Part shown: positions 1 to 8,901 of the stretch, piece by piece
How positions within the stretch are numbered: position 1 is the stretch's first letter
Layout: each line of letters begins with the position of its first letter
Virus record (IMG/VR): IMGVR_UViG_3300033146_002242
Span: 1 to 64,000 of that record
From: a virus
Reading direction: 5' to 3' (one strand)
DNA length: 64,000 nt
The notes under the pieces: generated by a model
What the model was told of the DNA's origin: nothing
Database searches by the model: none
Seen by the model: only the letters and a program-made list of their open reading frames with translations
Translations under genes and position numbers: made by a program

Positions 1-373
1 TGATGATGAAACAAAAAAAGAAATATCTGAATATTTTAAAGATTTAACAGATAATTTATTTGATTCTGAAAATATAACTTGTTATGAATATGCAGAAAAT
101 AAAGAAAAATATGAAAAAATTACCCCGTGGGTTTTATGTGATGTTTTTAAAAATTATCAGGTGTATCATCATCCAATGTCATTTATTATAATTTTAAAAG
201 ATGATAAATTATATAATTGTATATTTAATGAAGGTGAAGCTAATTGTACTGATAAATTAATAGTAGCAACTAATTTTGATTTTAATAAAGAAATAGGTTA
301 TGATGACTTAGTAACTTTTCATGTTCAAGCTTCCGTATTAGAAAAATTAGAGGGTGAAATTGATATAGAATAA
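1..373 (+). CDS. Hypothetical protein, 5'-truncated by window edge
   Basis: Frame of ORF 161..373 stays open back to base 2 (DDETKKEISEYFKDL...); no recognisable motif. Confidence 0.6.
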   Translation, partial: DDETKKEISEYFKDLTDNLFDSENITCYEYAENKEKYEKITPWVLCDVFKNYQVYHHPMSFIIILKDDKLYNCIFNEGEANCTDKLIVATNFDFNKEIGYDDLVTFHVQASVLEKLEGEIDIE

Positions 374-424
374 TAAACAATTGATGTATCAGTTTTTGGC
401 TATTTCTGATTTAACAAAAAATAG

Positions 425-721
425 CTAATTTTTATTTGAATATATAAATGATATTTCCTTAGCTTTTTCTTCTATTAATTGCCATAAAAAATCTTTTTTC
501 ACCAAATAACAATCAATTCTAAAATCAACACTATGTTCTTTTTCAATCTTATCAATATAATTGTCAGTGATATTTTTAGCTAATGATTGTTGTAATAAAT
601 GTTTTATTACATTTTCTAATCCATCATAATTATTTTCAAATTCTTGTTTTGATATAGTATGTACAACATGTAAATCTATTATATTTTTATTATCGGTTAG
701 TGTAATCATATTCATCTCCAT
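425..721 (-). CDS. Hypothetical protein
   Basis: ORF with GGAG RBS and upstream AACA-TATAAA-TA motif. Confidence 0.65.
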   Translation of the reverse strand: MEMNMITLTDNKNIIDLHVVHTISKQEFENNYDGLENVIKHLLQQSLAKNITDNYIDKIEKEHSVDFRIDCYLVKKDFLWQLIEEKAKEISFIYSNKN

Positions 722-746
722 TTAACTAATATGATAATATTATTTA

Positions 747-760
747 TATTTATATGTTCT
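747..760 (-). promoter_or_regulatory. Putative phage late promoter AACA-N6-TR (AGAACATATAAATA)
   Basis: Motif recurs upstream of many genes; matches the AR9 nvRNAP late consensus AACA-N6-TA/G. Confidence 0.7.
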
Positions 761-881
761 TAAAAAATATAATTCAATCTTTATTCATTTTGATATTTTC
801 CTTTCCATTCTGATAAATCACTAATTTTTATTTTTTTATCATATTTAAATTTCTTAACTTTCATTAGAGCTAATTTACGAG

Positions 882-1241
882 GTGAATAATCGTCTTTTTT
901 ATTTTTTTGTTTCAATTCTGCCAAAGAAGTCCGGTGCCATAGTGGCTCAGTGTTTTGTCTGGAGATCAGATGAAACACTGGTGATTGATTCAATTGAATC
1001 ACCGGACCACATAAACCTGGTAAATCGTATATCAGGTTTATTATATAACGGTATCAAGTCGGTACTGGGTAGACTTGGTATTAAACAAGTCCATATCGGG
1101 AACACCCCGTATGGCATAACAGAGTTATTTTTCACTTGGGATGGGCCATGGCACGACATCGTAAAAGATGTCGATAACCCGATTCTCCCGATAACTCTAT
1201 ATTCTGATGCACGGCGGCAGGTGAGACTGTGCATCGAGTAA
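882..1241 (+). pseudogene. Probable C-terminal gene fragment (AIVAQCFVWRS..LVIDSIES)
   Basis: Abrupt GC rise near 915; the N-terminus is AT-rich filler overlapping an opposite-strand ORF. Confidence 0.35.
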
Positions 1242-1627
1242 TAAAAACAATAACCCGTTTAGAAAGGGAGATTTATCCCTATTCTTATCGACAGATGCAA
1301 TGGGTTAAATCCTTTAAAGATTTAGCCGAATATTGCGAAAGTCGCCCATATGTCCACGTATGGGAAACGGGTTATTTATTATATACGAAGCGAGAAATCG
1401 TGGACCTCGCTTCAAAATCTCCAATGTCCATATCCCAGTTAATGGATATTGTGAGAAAATTAAAATCTTTTTATGGAAGTCATTCCATCGAAGCTGATTT
1501 CCGTGAAAAGACTTCATATAAAATTTTAACCTTTGGTGAACGAAAAAATATCATTCATATTATATCTGATTATGAATATGAATGGGATAGAGAAATATTC
1601 CATGAAGTGGAATTTAAATTTCTCTAA
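1229..1627 (+). CDS. Hypothetical protein, possibly GNAT-like fold
   Basis: 132-aa ORF; GYLLY..EIVDLAS pattern. Confidence 0.5.
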   Translation: MHRVIKTITRLEREIYPYSYRQMQWVKSFKDLAEYCESRPYVHVWETGYLLYTKREIVDLASKSPMSISQLMDIVRKLKSFYGSHSIEADFREKTSYKILTFGERKNIIHIISDYEYEWDREIFHEVEFKFL

Positions 1628-1783
1628 TTTCGTTCACCCCCAGTTTTCATGATGTTTCTGGGTTATCAAAAAACATCATATGTTATTTAGAAAATTTAAT
1701 TTTTTTTTGTTTTAATAAACCAATCTCACTATATCAAAAATTAATAAATATTAAAATATTTATTTTAAAAACTTCATACCAAC

Positions 1784-1797
1784 TATATATATTAATT
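1784..1797 (+). promoter_or_regulatory. Putative early promoter TATATATATTAATT
   Basis: Identical 14-mer at 1784 (+), 2227 (+) and 51335-51348 (-), each heading small early-type genes or RNA leaders. Confidence 0.55.
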
Positions 1798-1865
1798 AGT
1801 GTATAAGAGAAATTGATTTCTTATACCTTGTAGATGATCCACTACAAGTAAAATATTAAACGGAA

Positions 1866-1943
1866 ACCGCAGACCGGGTGCGGGATATAAGACGGTAAAG
1901 TTCCTTAATAGGATGGGAACTTTTAAAAATAAAAAAGATCCTA
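1866..1943 (+). ncRNA. Tandem H-type pseudoknots in leader of small ORF (CptI-like PK1 plus PK2)
   Basis: PK1 CCGC/GCGG with ACCG/CGGT; PK2 AGTTCC/GGAACT with loop TAGGAT pairing to ATCCTA; covaries with the copy at 2484. Confidence 0.65.
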
Positions 1944-1962
1944 ATTGCTACAAGGAGGTATT

Positions 1963-2151
1963 ATGAACGAATGTAAACACCCCGCAACTCTGGACGATAT
2001 TCGCAAATTTAACATGGACGATAAAAACCCACATCATCCGAAGGGACGGGTGTGGGAAACACATAACGAGGTATTCTATATACCTCGTTATGATGGAGTG
2101 GAAGGAACAGATGGAGCAGTCACTGACATCCTTCCTCTTGATCTTGAATAG
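1963..2151 (+). CDS. Small hypothetical protein
   Basis: AAGGAGG RBS before ATG 1963. Confidence 0.6.
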   Translation: MNECKHPATLDDIRKFNMDDKNPHHPKGRVWETHNEVFYIPRYDGVEGTDGAVTDILPLDLE

Positions 2152-2156
2152 TAATA

Positions 2157-2197
2157 ACCCGCAGCTGGACCTACTGCGGAATATAAATTAATAGGTC
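2157..2197 (+). ncRNA. Divergent copy of the CptI-like pseudoknot
   Basis: CCGCA/TGCGG stem, loop GACCTA pairs with TAGGTC, same AATATAAA linker; compensatory changes relative to other copies. Confidence 0.6.
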
Positions 2198-2302
2198 TTT
2201 TTTTTATTTTAAAAAAATATTTTTATTATATATATTAATTATTGCTATAAAATATATTTGATATTTTATAGTATTATTTCAACTTTAAAAAGGAGGCTAG
2301 TG

Positions 2303-2443
2303 ATGAGAAAATCACTTGAGCTGTTCTTTTTGGAATTGTCTGTTAAGTTCCATCCAACCCATCCCATAGTCAGAGATATTCTATATAAGATATCTTTGAC
2401 CCTGGGCAATTATCCAAACACGGATGATTGGGGTTGGGATTAA
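2303..2443 (+). CDS. Small hypothetical protein
   Basis: AAGGAGG RBS upstream of MRKSLELFF. Confidence 0.45.
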   Translation: MRKSLELFFLELSVKFHPTHPIVRDILYKISLTLGNYPNTDDWGWD

Positions 2444-2451
2444 CTTGTTGC

Positions 2452-2772
2452 GTACAGGGAATTCGATTGGCGAATCCCTGTACACCGCAGACCGGGCGCG
2501 GGATATAAGACGGTATATCTCCTCATACGGATGGGAGATCTCATAAATAAAAAAGATCCGCTAACCCCCGGAGAATAGTAGCTAACTCCGTTATCAAAAA
2601 AGCATGTAACTGGGTGATGCAATGTCGTCACCTGCGGTACTGTAGAGTCAAGTACCCGTCTAGGAGTTGGGAACCTAGGGACATATACACGTTAAAACTC
2701 AGCATTCCCGTGTGTGGATTAATTCGGGACAGATATAGCAAGACTATATCGAAGCCAACATGGTGGTATACC
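2452..2772 (+). ncRNA. ~320-nt multi-hairpin, multi-pseudoknot structured RNA
   Basis: GC-rich non-coding island with many stems (GTACAGGGA/TCCCTGTAC, PK1, ATCTCC/GGAGAT, CGGAG/CTCCG, GGTGA/TCACC, GGTAC/GTACC, CTAGG/CCTAG, TCCCG/CGGGA, GATATAG/CTATATC) and loop-to-linker complementarities. Confidence 0.65.
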
Positions 2773-2798
2773 ATGCTCTGCATTTTTTTTTAATCAAA

Positions 2799-5039
2799 TT
2801 ATCCACATGCTGAATAACCACATGAATGGCAAATAGAACAACCTGATTCATAAGATATAATTCCACCACAATCAGGACATGAACCTCCCTTGTGAATATC
2901 TGTAAAATTTTCAATATCATTTTTTTTGTCTTTATTACCATTCATTTTAATATGTTTTTTAATACATTGTGCAATAGCATCAGCACATGATAAAACTTTA
3001 TTTTCACCAAATCCAATTGGTCTATGACATGATATACCAATTAGTTGTTTAACAATTTCTTCTGGTTTTTGACCACTTCTACATGCTAAAGAAATTAATC
3101 GTCCTATAGCTTCACATTGACTGGATGAACACCCACCCGCTTTTCCAATTGTATTAAAGATTTCAAAAACATTACCATCTTCATCTTCATTAATTGTTAT
3201 ATAAATATCACCACAACCAGTTGTAAATTGATATGTATATCCTTTTAATACATTAGGTCTTTCTTTTTTAATTCTTTCTTTTTGAGCATATTCTTCTTTA
3301 TTTTCTTTTTTTGATTTAATATTTAAAACTTGATTTTGACGGCAATTATTTCTATAGACAGTTACACCTTTACAACCACTTTCAAAAGCCATCATATATG
3401 CTTTTTCAATATCTTTTTCTGTAGCTGATTCTGGAAAATTAATTGTTTTACTAACAGCATTGTTTGTATATTTTTGAAAAGCTGCTTGAATTTTAATATG
3501 TTCTTCTGGTTTAATATCATGTGCAGTTTGTAAAAATAATTTATATTCAGATGGGATATCTTCACAATTTTGACATGTTCCTTCTTCTGCAACTTGTTTG
3601 ATTATTTTTTCTTTATCAATTTTATATCTATCATTTATTTCATCAAGAATTTTATCAAAAACTGGATTTACTTCGAAAAATTCTTTGCCATCCATAATAC
3701 GTCTGACATATGCTAATGAAAATAATGGTTCGATACCACTAGAACAATTAGCTATAATTGATATTGTTCCGGTAGGCGCAATAGTTGTTCTAGTGGAATT
3801 ACGTATGGGGTCTTCTTTGCACTCTGGATATGCACCTCTTTCTTCTGCTAATTGTATTGATTTACCTTTAGCTGTATTATTAATAACTTGCATAACCACA
3901 GATGCAAATTCAACTGCTTTTTGAGAAGAATATGGAATACGTAATTTTATCAATGTATCCGCAAATCCCATAACTCCTAATCCAATATTACGAGTTTTTT
4001 TAGTTTCTTGTTCAATCATTTTTAATGGATACTTATTCATTTCAATTACATTATCTAAAAAATGAACAGCATTATCAACAATGGTTTTCAAACTATTGAA
4101 ATCAAAATATCTTTTTTCTTCATCAACAAATTTTGATAAATTAATTGAACCTAGATTACAACTATCACCAGCTCGCAACACCTGTTCACCACATGGATTA
4201 GTAGCTTCATATTTACCTAAATGTGGTGTTGGATTATAATCATTCATTCTATCAATAAAAATAATTCCAGGTTCACCTGTTTTCCATGCTTGATGTACAA
4301 TTTTATTAAAAACTTCTTTTGCGTTTAATTGTTTAACTATTTTATTATTTCGTGGATTTATTAAATTATATGTGGTGTTATTTTTTACTGCGTCCATAAA
4401 AGAATCGGTGACAGTAACAGAAATATTGAAATTATTTAACTGTGTCAAATCGGCTTTACATTCAATAAATTCAAGTATATCAGGGTGGTCAATACGAAGT
4501 ATACCCATGTTAGCCCCCCGCCTTGTACCACCTTGTTTGACCTCTTCTGTAGCCGCATTATATATTTTCATAAAGGAAATTGGACCTGATGAAACACCAG
4601 ATGTTGATTGCACTTTATCATTTGATGGTCTTAATCGAGAAAAAGAAAACCCTGTACCACCACCAGCTTTATGTATCATTGCAGTATGTTTTAATGTATC
4701 AAATATACTTTCCATTGAATCTTCAATAGGTAAAACAAAACAAGCTGATAACATTGGATTTTTCTTACCAGCATTCATTAATGTTGGAGAGTTTGGCATA
4801 AATTTTTGATTTATCATCATTGAAAAAAATTTATCAGCAGTTTCATCTATATATTCAGATCCATAATTCAAATCACCTTTGGCAATAAAATCAGCAACTC
4901 TATGAAACATTCCATCGGGAGTTTCTAAAAAATTCATATCTTTATCTTTCAATAAATATCTTGTTTCTATTACGTTTTTAGATGTTACTGTTAAATTAAA
5001 AATATTTTTTTCCAACATGAATATTCTCCTATTGAGCAA
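2799..5039 (-). CDS. nrdJ: Adenosylcobalamin-dependent (class II) ribonucleotide reductase with C-terminal TSCPD/Zn-ribbon region
   Basis: [45 protein letters not shown] motifs; C-terminal [17 protein letters not shown]; likely start 5018 (MLEKN). Confidence 0.92.
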   Translation of the reverse strand: MLNRRIFMLEKNIFNLTVTSKNVIETRYLLKDKDMNFLETPDGMFHRVADFIAKGDLNYGSEYIDETADKFFSMMINQKFMPNSPTLMNAGKKNPMLSACFVLPIEDSMESIFDTLKHTAMIHKAGGGTGFSFSRLRPSNDKVQSTSGVSSGPISFMKIYNAATEEVKQGGTRRGANMGILRIDHPDILEFIECKADLTQLNNFNISVTVTDSFMDAVKNNTTYNLINPRNNKIVKQLNAKEVFNKIVHQAWKTGEPGIIFIDRMNDYNPTPHLGKYEATNPCGEQVLRAGDSCNLGSINLSKFVDEEKRYFDFNSLKTIVDNAVHFLDNVIEMNKYPLKMIEQETKKTRNIGLGVMGFADTLIKLRIPYSSQKAVEFASVVMQVINNTAKGKSIQLAEERGAYPECKEDPIRNSTRTTIAPTGTISIIANCSSGIEPLFSLAYVRRIMDGKEFFEVNPVFDKILDEINDRYKIDKEKIIKQVAEEGTCQNCEDIPSEYKLFLQTAHDIKPEEHIKIQAAFQKYTNNAVSKTINFPESATEKDIEKAYMMAFESGCKGVTVYRNNCRQNQVLNIKSKKENKEEYAQKERIKKERPNVLKGYTYQFTTGCGDIYITINEDEDGNVFEIFNTIGKAGGCSSSQCEAIGRLISLACRSGQKPEEIVKQLIGISCHRPIGFGENKVLSCADAIAQCIKKHIKMNGNKDKKNDIENFTDIHKGGSCPDCGGIISYESGCSICHSCGYSACG

Positions 5040-5042
5040 AAA

Positions 5043-5074
5043 AATCCTGATGATGAAAATTCACCATCAGGATT
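5043..5074 (-). terminator. Intrinsic terminator-like hairpin
   Basis: AATCCTGATG/CATCAGGATT stem followed by a U-tract on the minus strand. Confidence 0.6.
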
Positions 5075-5091
5075 ATTGAAAAATACATTTA

Positions 5092-5529
5092 TTAAATATG
5101 CGGAAGTGTATTAATGATTAGAAACAATTCTTCTTTGCAGCTCTGATGCACCATAAAATCACCCATTAATGAACTGATAAAACATTTATCGACATAATAT
5201 AAAATAGCAATTCCTTCTACACACCCTCTTTTAATTTTATCATAATGATTTTCTATATAATCAGATACAAATCCAACAAAATTTCGCATACATTGAATAT
5301 CATCTTTCATACCATATGTTTCGTTGAATTTATCAACAGCTTCATAAAAAATATTATCTAAATCGGATAAAGAAATATCACAAATTAAAGAAACAAAAAG
5401 AGGCCATCCTTCTAATTGGTATTTACGTACAATAAGGGGGGAATAATTTTTATCTAATAATCTGGTTGAAGTATTATACTCACGTCCTAAATTTGATTTG
5501 GTTATATCGGCTACAACTTCTTTTGACAT
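5092..5529 (-). CDS. Hypothetical protein
   Basis: ORF with AAGGAG RBS and upstream late-promoter motif. Confidence 0.7.
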   Translation of the reverse strand: MSKEVVADITKSNLGREYNTSTRLLDKNYSPLIVRKYQLEGWPLFVSLICDISLSDLDNIFYEAVDKFNETYGMKDDIQCMRNFVGFVSDYIENHYDKIKRGCVEGIAILYYVDKCFISSLMGDFMVHQSCKEELFLIINTLPHI

Positions 5530-5559
5530 ATCAACTCTCCTTAACTAAAAATTTAATGG

Positions 5560-5573
5560 TATTTATATGTTGT
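5560..5573 (-). promoter_or_regulatory. Putative late promoter (ACAACATATAAATA)
   Basis: AACA-N6-TA motif. Confidence 0.7.
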
Positions 5574-5618
5574 ATTTTTTGTTAAAATCATCTTTATATC
5601 ATAATCATAATTAAGATA

Positions 5619-5858
5619 TTATCTTTCATCCTCAAAATTACTAAATTCTAAAATCCTATTTTGGCATATCTTTAAATGTATTGTTACTTTATTTTTAATC
5701 ACTGGTTCCCCAAATTGTGGACACCAGTCACCACATATACCAGAATAACGACAATATTGTTGTTTATATTGTTTACCTCTTAAAATATATAAATATCCAT
5801 CAGAATCAATTTTTCCATTTAAATAATTGAACTTAGCCAAAAGAGGAGTTTCATTCAT
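5619..5858 (-). CDS. Hypothetical Cys-containing protein
   Basis: QYCRYSGICGDWCPQF. Confidence 0.6.
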   Translation of the reverse strand: MNETPLLAKFNYLNGKIDSDGYLYILRGKQYKQQYCRYSGICGDWCPQFGEPVIKNKVTIHLKICQNRILEFSNFEDER

Positions 5859-5882
5859 AATAAATCCTTTCTAATAGAATTT

Positions 5883-5920
5883 AAAAAAGGAGAGCCTGTT
5901 AATAAGACTCTCCTTTTTTT
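5883..5920. terminator. Bidirectional terminator-like hairpin
   Basis: AAAAAAGGAGAG/CTCTCCTTTTTT inverted repeat. Confidence 0.7.
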
Positions 5921-5927
5921 GAATAAA

Positions 5928-6689
5928 TTAAATTAAACAGGTTCCACAATTACTACAATATTTCTTATTTGATTTATATTTTCGCCCACAATTTTCACAT
6001 TGAATTTTTGTTTGGGTAGTTATTATTTTATCAACTTTTTTCTTTTTTCTATGTCCAAATAATTGGATAATCAATCTTTTTTCTTCACCATAATGATTAA
6101 AATCATATATTTCATTGAAATTCTGTTCAACTGGTTTTCCTTTAACAGTTATTCCATCTGCAGATTTTGTACCTCTAACATTAGACATTATATTATTATT
6201 AACAGTAGAACAATATGTCACATTATCATCTATTGAGCCACATGTTGTATATGGAGGGCGATAATTATAATCAACCCAATGATTGGTGTTATAATATTGT
6301 GGTTGATTTGTTGTTATATTTGATGTAGTAATAAATTGTTTACAATTTGCAAATTGATATGTAATAACAATCAAACCATCTTCAGGATTGTCGCCACGAA
6401 AATTTGAAATTTCAGCAGTTTTTTCTATAAATCGAAATTTATTTTTAGCTTTGTTTCCATCTAAAAAACCTTTTAACTCTATGTCATTATTACCATCTAA
6501 TAATATAGAATGGCCATCTAATACATCTTTACCATCAATTTCAATTTTAATTTTGCATTTAGTAGTATTTAGATTTTTTAAATAAATTGAATAATCACAC
6601 CCAAATGGTAAATATACTTTATCACCATCTTCTCTGATTATTTTACCATTGACCTTGATACACGCGACGAGTTTTTCACAATACATCAT
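5928..6689 (-). CDS. Conserved phage hypothetical protein, beta-sandwich-like N-terminus and C-terminal Zn ribbon
   Basis: VYLPFGCDYSIYLKN..IEIDGKDV..FRF; C-terminal CENCG..CSNCG. Confidence 0.7.
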   Translation of the reverse strand: MMYCEKLVACIKVNGKIIREDGDKVYLPFGCDYSIYLKNLNTTKCKIKIEIDGKDVLDGHSILLDGNNDIELKGFLDGNKAKNKFRFIEKTAEISNFRGDNPEDGLIVITYQFANCKQFITTSNITTNQPQYYNTNHWVDYNYRPPYTTCGSIDDNVTYCSTVNNNIMSNVRGTKSADGITVKGKPVEQNFNEIYDFNHYGEEKRLIIQLFGHRKKKKVDKIITTQTKIQCENCGRKYKSNKKYCSNCGTCLI

Positions 6690-6699
6690 TTTAATGCTC

Positions 6700-6760
6700 C
6701 TTTATTTAACGGGCCACCGGCTAAGGTCCCAATTAATAAAAATTTAAAGCCGGTTAAAAG
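6700..6760 (-). promoter_or_regulatory. Structured 5' leader (stem plus possible pseudoknot) abutting the RBS
   Basis: On the mRNA ACCGGCT pairs with AGCCGGT; loop GGGACC could pair with downstream GGCCC; AAGGAG follows. Confidence 0.45.
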
Positions 6761-6777
6761 GAATAAAATATTTTATT

Positions 6778-6791
6778 CAATAATATGTTCT
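6778..6791 (-). promoter_or_regulatory. Putative late promoter (AGAACATATTATTG)
   Basis: AACA-N6-TG motif upstream of the structured leader. Confidence 0.6.
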
Positions 6792-6807
6792 TCGAAAATT
6801 AAATTAT

Positions 6808-7908
6808 TTATATAATTCTAATTCTGGTATCAAAACATATTCTTTCTTTAGAATAAGTTGTTTTTTGATTAAATAAAAATAAATCTTCTTGTGCTAATAA
6901 TATTTTAATCATATCTGCGTTTATAAAAGTTTTAAAAATATTTAAATCATCTACATTGTCATTTGAAAAAATATGATTATATATTTCCATACAAAAATGC
7001 ATATAATCAGAAATAATAAATTTATTTTGAAATATTTGATGATATTTTTTAATTATATATCCTGCATCATTTTCATGAAAATTTAATCTAGTGTGTATTG
7101 TACATTGCTTAGAAATTGACCATAATATAAATGGTAATGATTCAATATCTTGTGATGCTAAAAAATTATAAATATCAATTGTTGTATCATTATAATCATT
7201 AATAATAGATAACAACATATCAACATCTAAACATTTATCAAAAAACTTTTCTTGTTTATTATTTTCATCATTGATATAAACACAAGGTCTCACATCATCA
7301 TGTATAGTAAAATTCCATTGACTATAAAAATCATTTGATTTGCTATTTTCCCCATTTATTGTAAATTCTAAATGTGGTGAATTATCAATAACAATATCTT
7401 TAATAGCAGTTGTATCAAAAAATTCATTAAATTTTTTCATTATTAATTTAGATGTAAATAAACCGTGATATGAATTTAAATCGGAACAACCACCATATAA
7501 TTCATAATTTAAAAAAATAGTTTTATAATCTAATACAGTATCGTTTTTTAATTTGTGTTTTAAAATTTTATAATTACTATAATTATCTGGAACAATTACA
7601 TGAATATTTTTAAATTTATTTATCAATAATTTTAATATAGATCCAAAATTTCTAAAATGCTCAAAAACTCTACTTAAATATAATGTGTAATTTGAATAAT
7701 CTTTTTCTACACATGTGAAAAAATCAATAATATCATCAGTATTTATAACAACAACATTTTTATCTTTAAAAAAATTCAGAGAATATTCTAGAAAATCCGA
7801 TTTGTTAATTTTATAATTTTCATATGGAAAATCTTCAATACCCAAAATAGCAATATTATCATTTTCACAATTATTAATCCAATCTATCATATATTCAATA
7901 TGTCTCAT
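6808..7908 (-). CDS. Degenerate class I SAM-dependent methyltransferase-like protein, possibly two domains
   Basis: YLSRVFEHF..HVIVPD..LYGG...YHGLFT pattern. Confidence 0.45.
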   Translation of the reverse strand: MRHIEYMIDWINNCENDNIAILGIEDFPYENYKINKSDFLEYSLNFFKDKNVVVINTDDIIDFFTCVEKDYSNYTLYLSRVFEHFRNFGSILKLLINKFKNIHVIVPDNYSNYKILKHKLKNDTVLDYKTIFLNYELYGGCSDLNSYHGLFTSKLIMKKFNEFFDTTAIKDIVIDNSPHLEFTINGENSKSNDFYSQWNFTIHDDVRPCVYINDENNKQEKFFDKCLDVDMLLSIINDYNDTTIDIYNFLASQDIESLPFILWSISKQCTIHTRLNFHENDAGYIIKKYHQIFQNKFIISDYMHFCMEIYNHIFSNDNVDDLNIFKTFINADMIKILLAQEDLFLFNQKTTYSKERICFDTRIRII

Positions 7909-8204
7909 TACTCCTCCATTTCATCGACTTCTGATTTACCATCAGATTTGGCTTTTAAAAAAGTAGGATCTAAAGAATTAGCTAATTCTTCAAATTCTCC
8001 TATATGAGTTTTTTCTTCATTTGCTATATCTAAAAATACTTTTTTAACTATTTGATTTTTACATAATGATGCAAATCTTTCATACATATTAACAGCATCA
8101 TATTCAGCAATAATTGCAGCTCGCAAACATTCAATATCTGTCATAGGTTTTTTAGTTGCAATAGATGATTCAATTAATGTATCCAGATAAGTTTTTGGTT
8201 CCAT
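7908..8204 (-). CDS. Ferritin/rubrerythrin-like di-iron protein
   Basis: LRAAIIAEYDAVNMY..DIANEEKTHIGEF (E..ExxH ferroxidase pattern). Confidence 0.85.
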   Translation of the reverse strand: MEPKTYLDTLIESSIATKKPMTDIECLRAAIIAEYDAVNMYERFASLCKNQIVKKVFLDIANEEKTHIGEFEELANSLDPTFLKAKSDGKSEVDEMEE

Positions 8205-8901
8205 TTTTATTCTCCTGCTTGTATTTTTTATATGCTTTGCCCCAAAAATTTTTATTAAGTTTTATATCTGAATCTGAATGTCCACAATATTTACACAATA
8301 TTGGAATCATATTTTTGAATTTATTTATTGTAATATCTGATAAATTTTTAATACCTATATTGAATGATAAAACTCTATCTATTGCAGCTCCAGCACCACA
8401 TATATAAAATCCATTAAATGTATATGCTATACCACACACTCTTGGTATAATACAAATTCGTGGATTGTCATTTACAACATCCATTTTATCAAAACGTTCG
8501 CAAGCTTGTGGTTTCAAACTTCTTTCAATATAGCATAAATTTTTTTTATGCATATAATCTAATAATAAATTTGATTTTTTAGAATAAGCATTACTGATAA
8601 TTTTAATAAATGTATGATGTTTAATTTTCAGAATTTGTAATTTTTCTAAAATATCAATTATTTCTGGATGCAGTGTTGGTTCACCACCTAATATATGAAT
8701 ACTTTTAAACCGATGATTTATATCAATGGATTTTTTTACAAAATCATCAATCATTTTCGAAGGCATATTATAATTCAATGGAGCTGTTGCAATTCTACGA
8801 TCACAATCTTCACATAATATATTACAATTTGTAGTAATTTCAATTTCAATTTTATGTATATCTATATATGGTTTTAAATTAGGTGAAAAAATTGATTTCA
8901 T
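8170..8901 (-). CDS. Radical SAM protein
   Basis: IEITTNCNILCEDC (CxxxCxxC), ILGGEPTLHP. Confidence 0.88.
   Translation of the reverse strand: MKSIFSPNLKPYIDIHKIEIEITTNCNILCEDCDRRIATAPLNYNMPSKMIDDFVKKSIDINHRFKSIHILGGEPTLHPEIIDILEKLQILKIKHHTFIKIISNAYSKKSNLLLDYMHKKNLCYIERSLKPQACERFDKMDVVNDNPRICIIPRVCGIAYTFNGFYICGAGAAIDRVLSFNIGIKNLSDITINKFKNMIPILCKYCGHSDSDIKLNKNFWGKAYKKYKQENKNGTKNLSGYIN

Noticed and set aside
1866-1897. PK1 as a guanidine-III riboswitch
   Set aside because: Shares only a GGA..AAGACGG-like tail; the CGAGG ligand-binding segment is absent
1899-1943. PK2 as a preQ1-I riboswitch, tempting because queC is present
   Set aside because: Hairpin plus A-rich tail is similar, but the conserved preQ1 loop nucleotides are not recognisable and the downstream genes are unrelated
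3392-4809. Alternative-frame and antisense ORFs overlapping nrdJ, and similar ones over other long genes (e.g. 17271-17681, 22349-22618, 32835-33251, 57696-57911)
   Set aside because: Shadow ORFs of well-supported genes; no RBS or motifs
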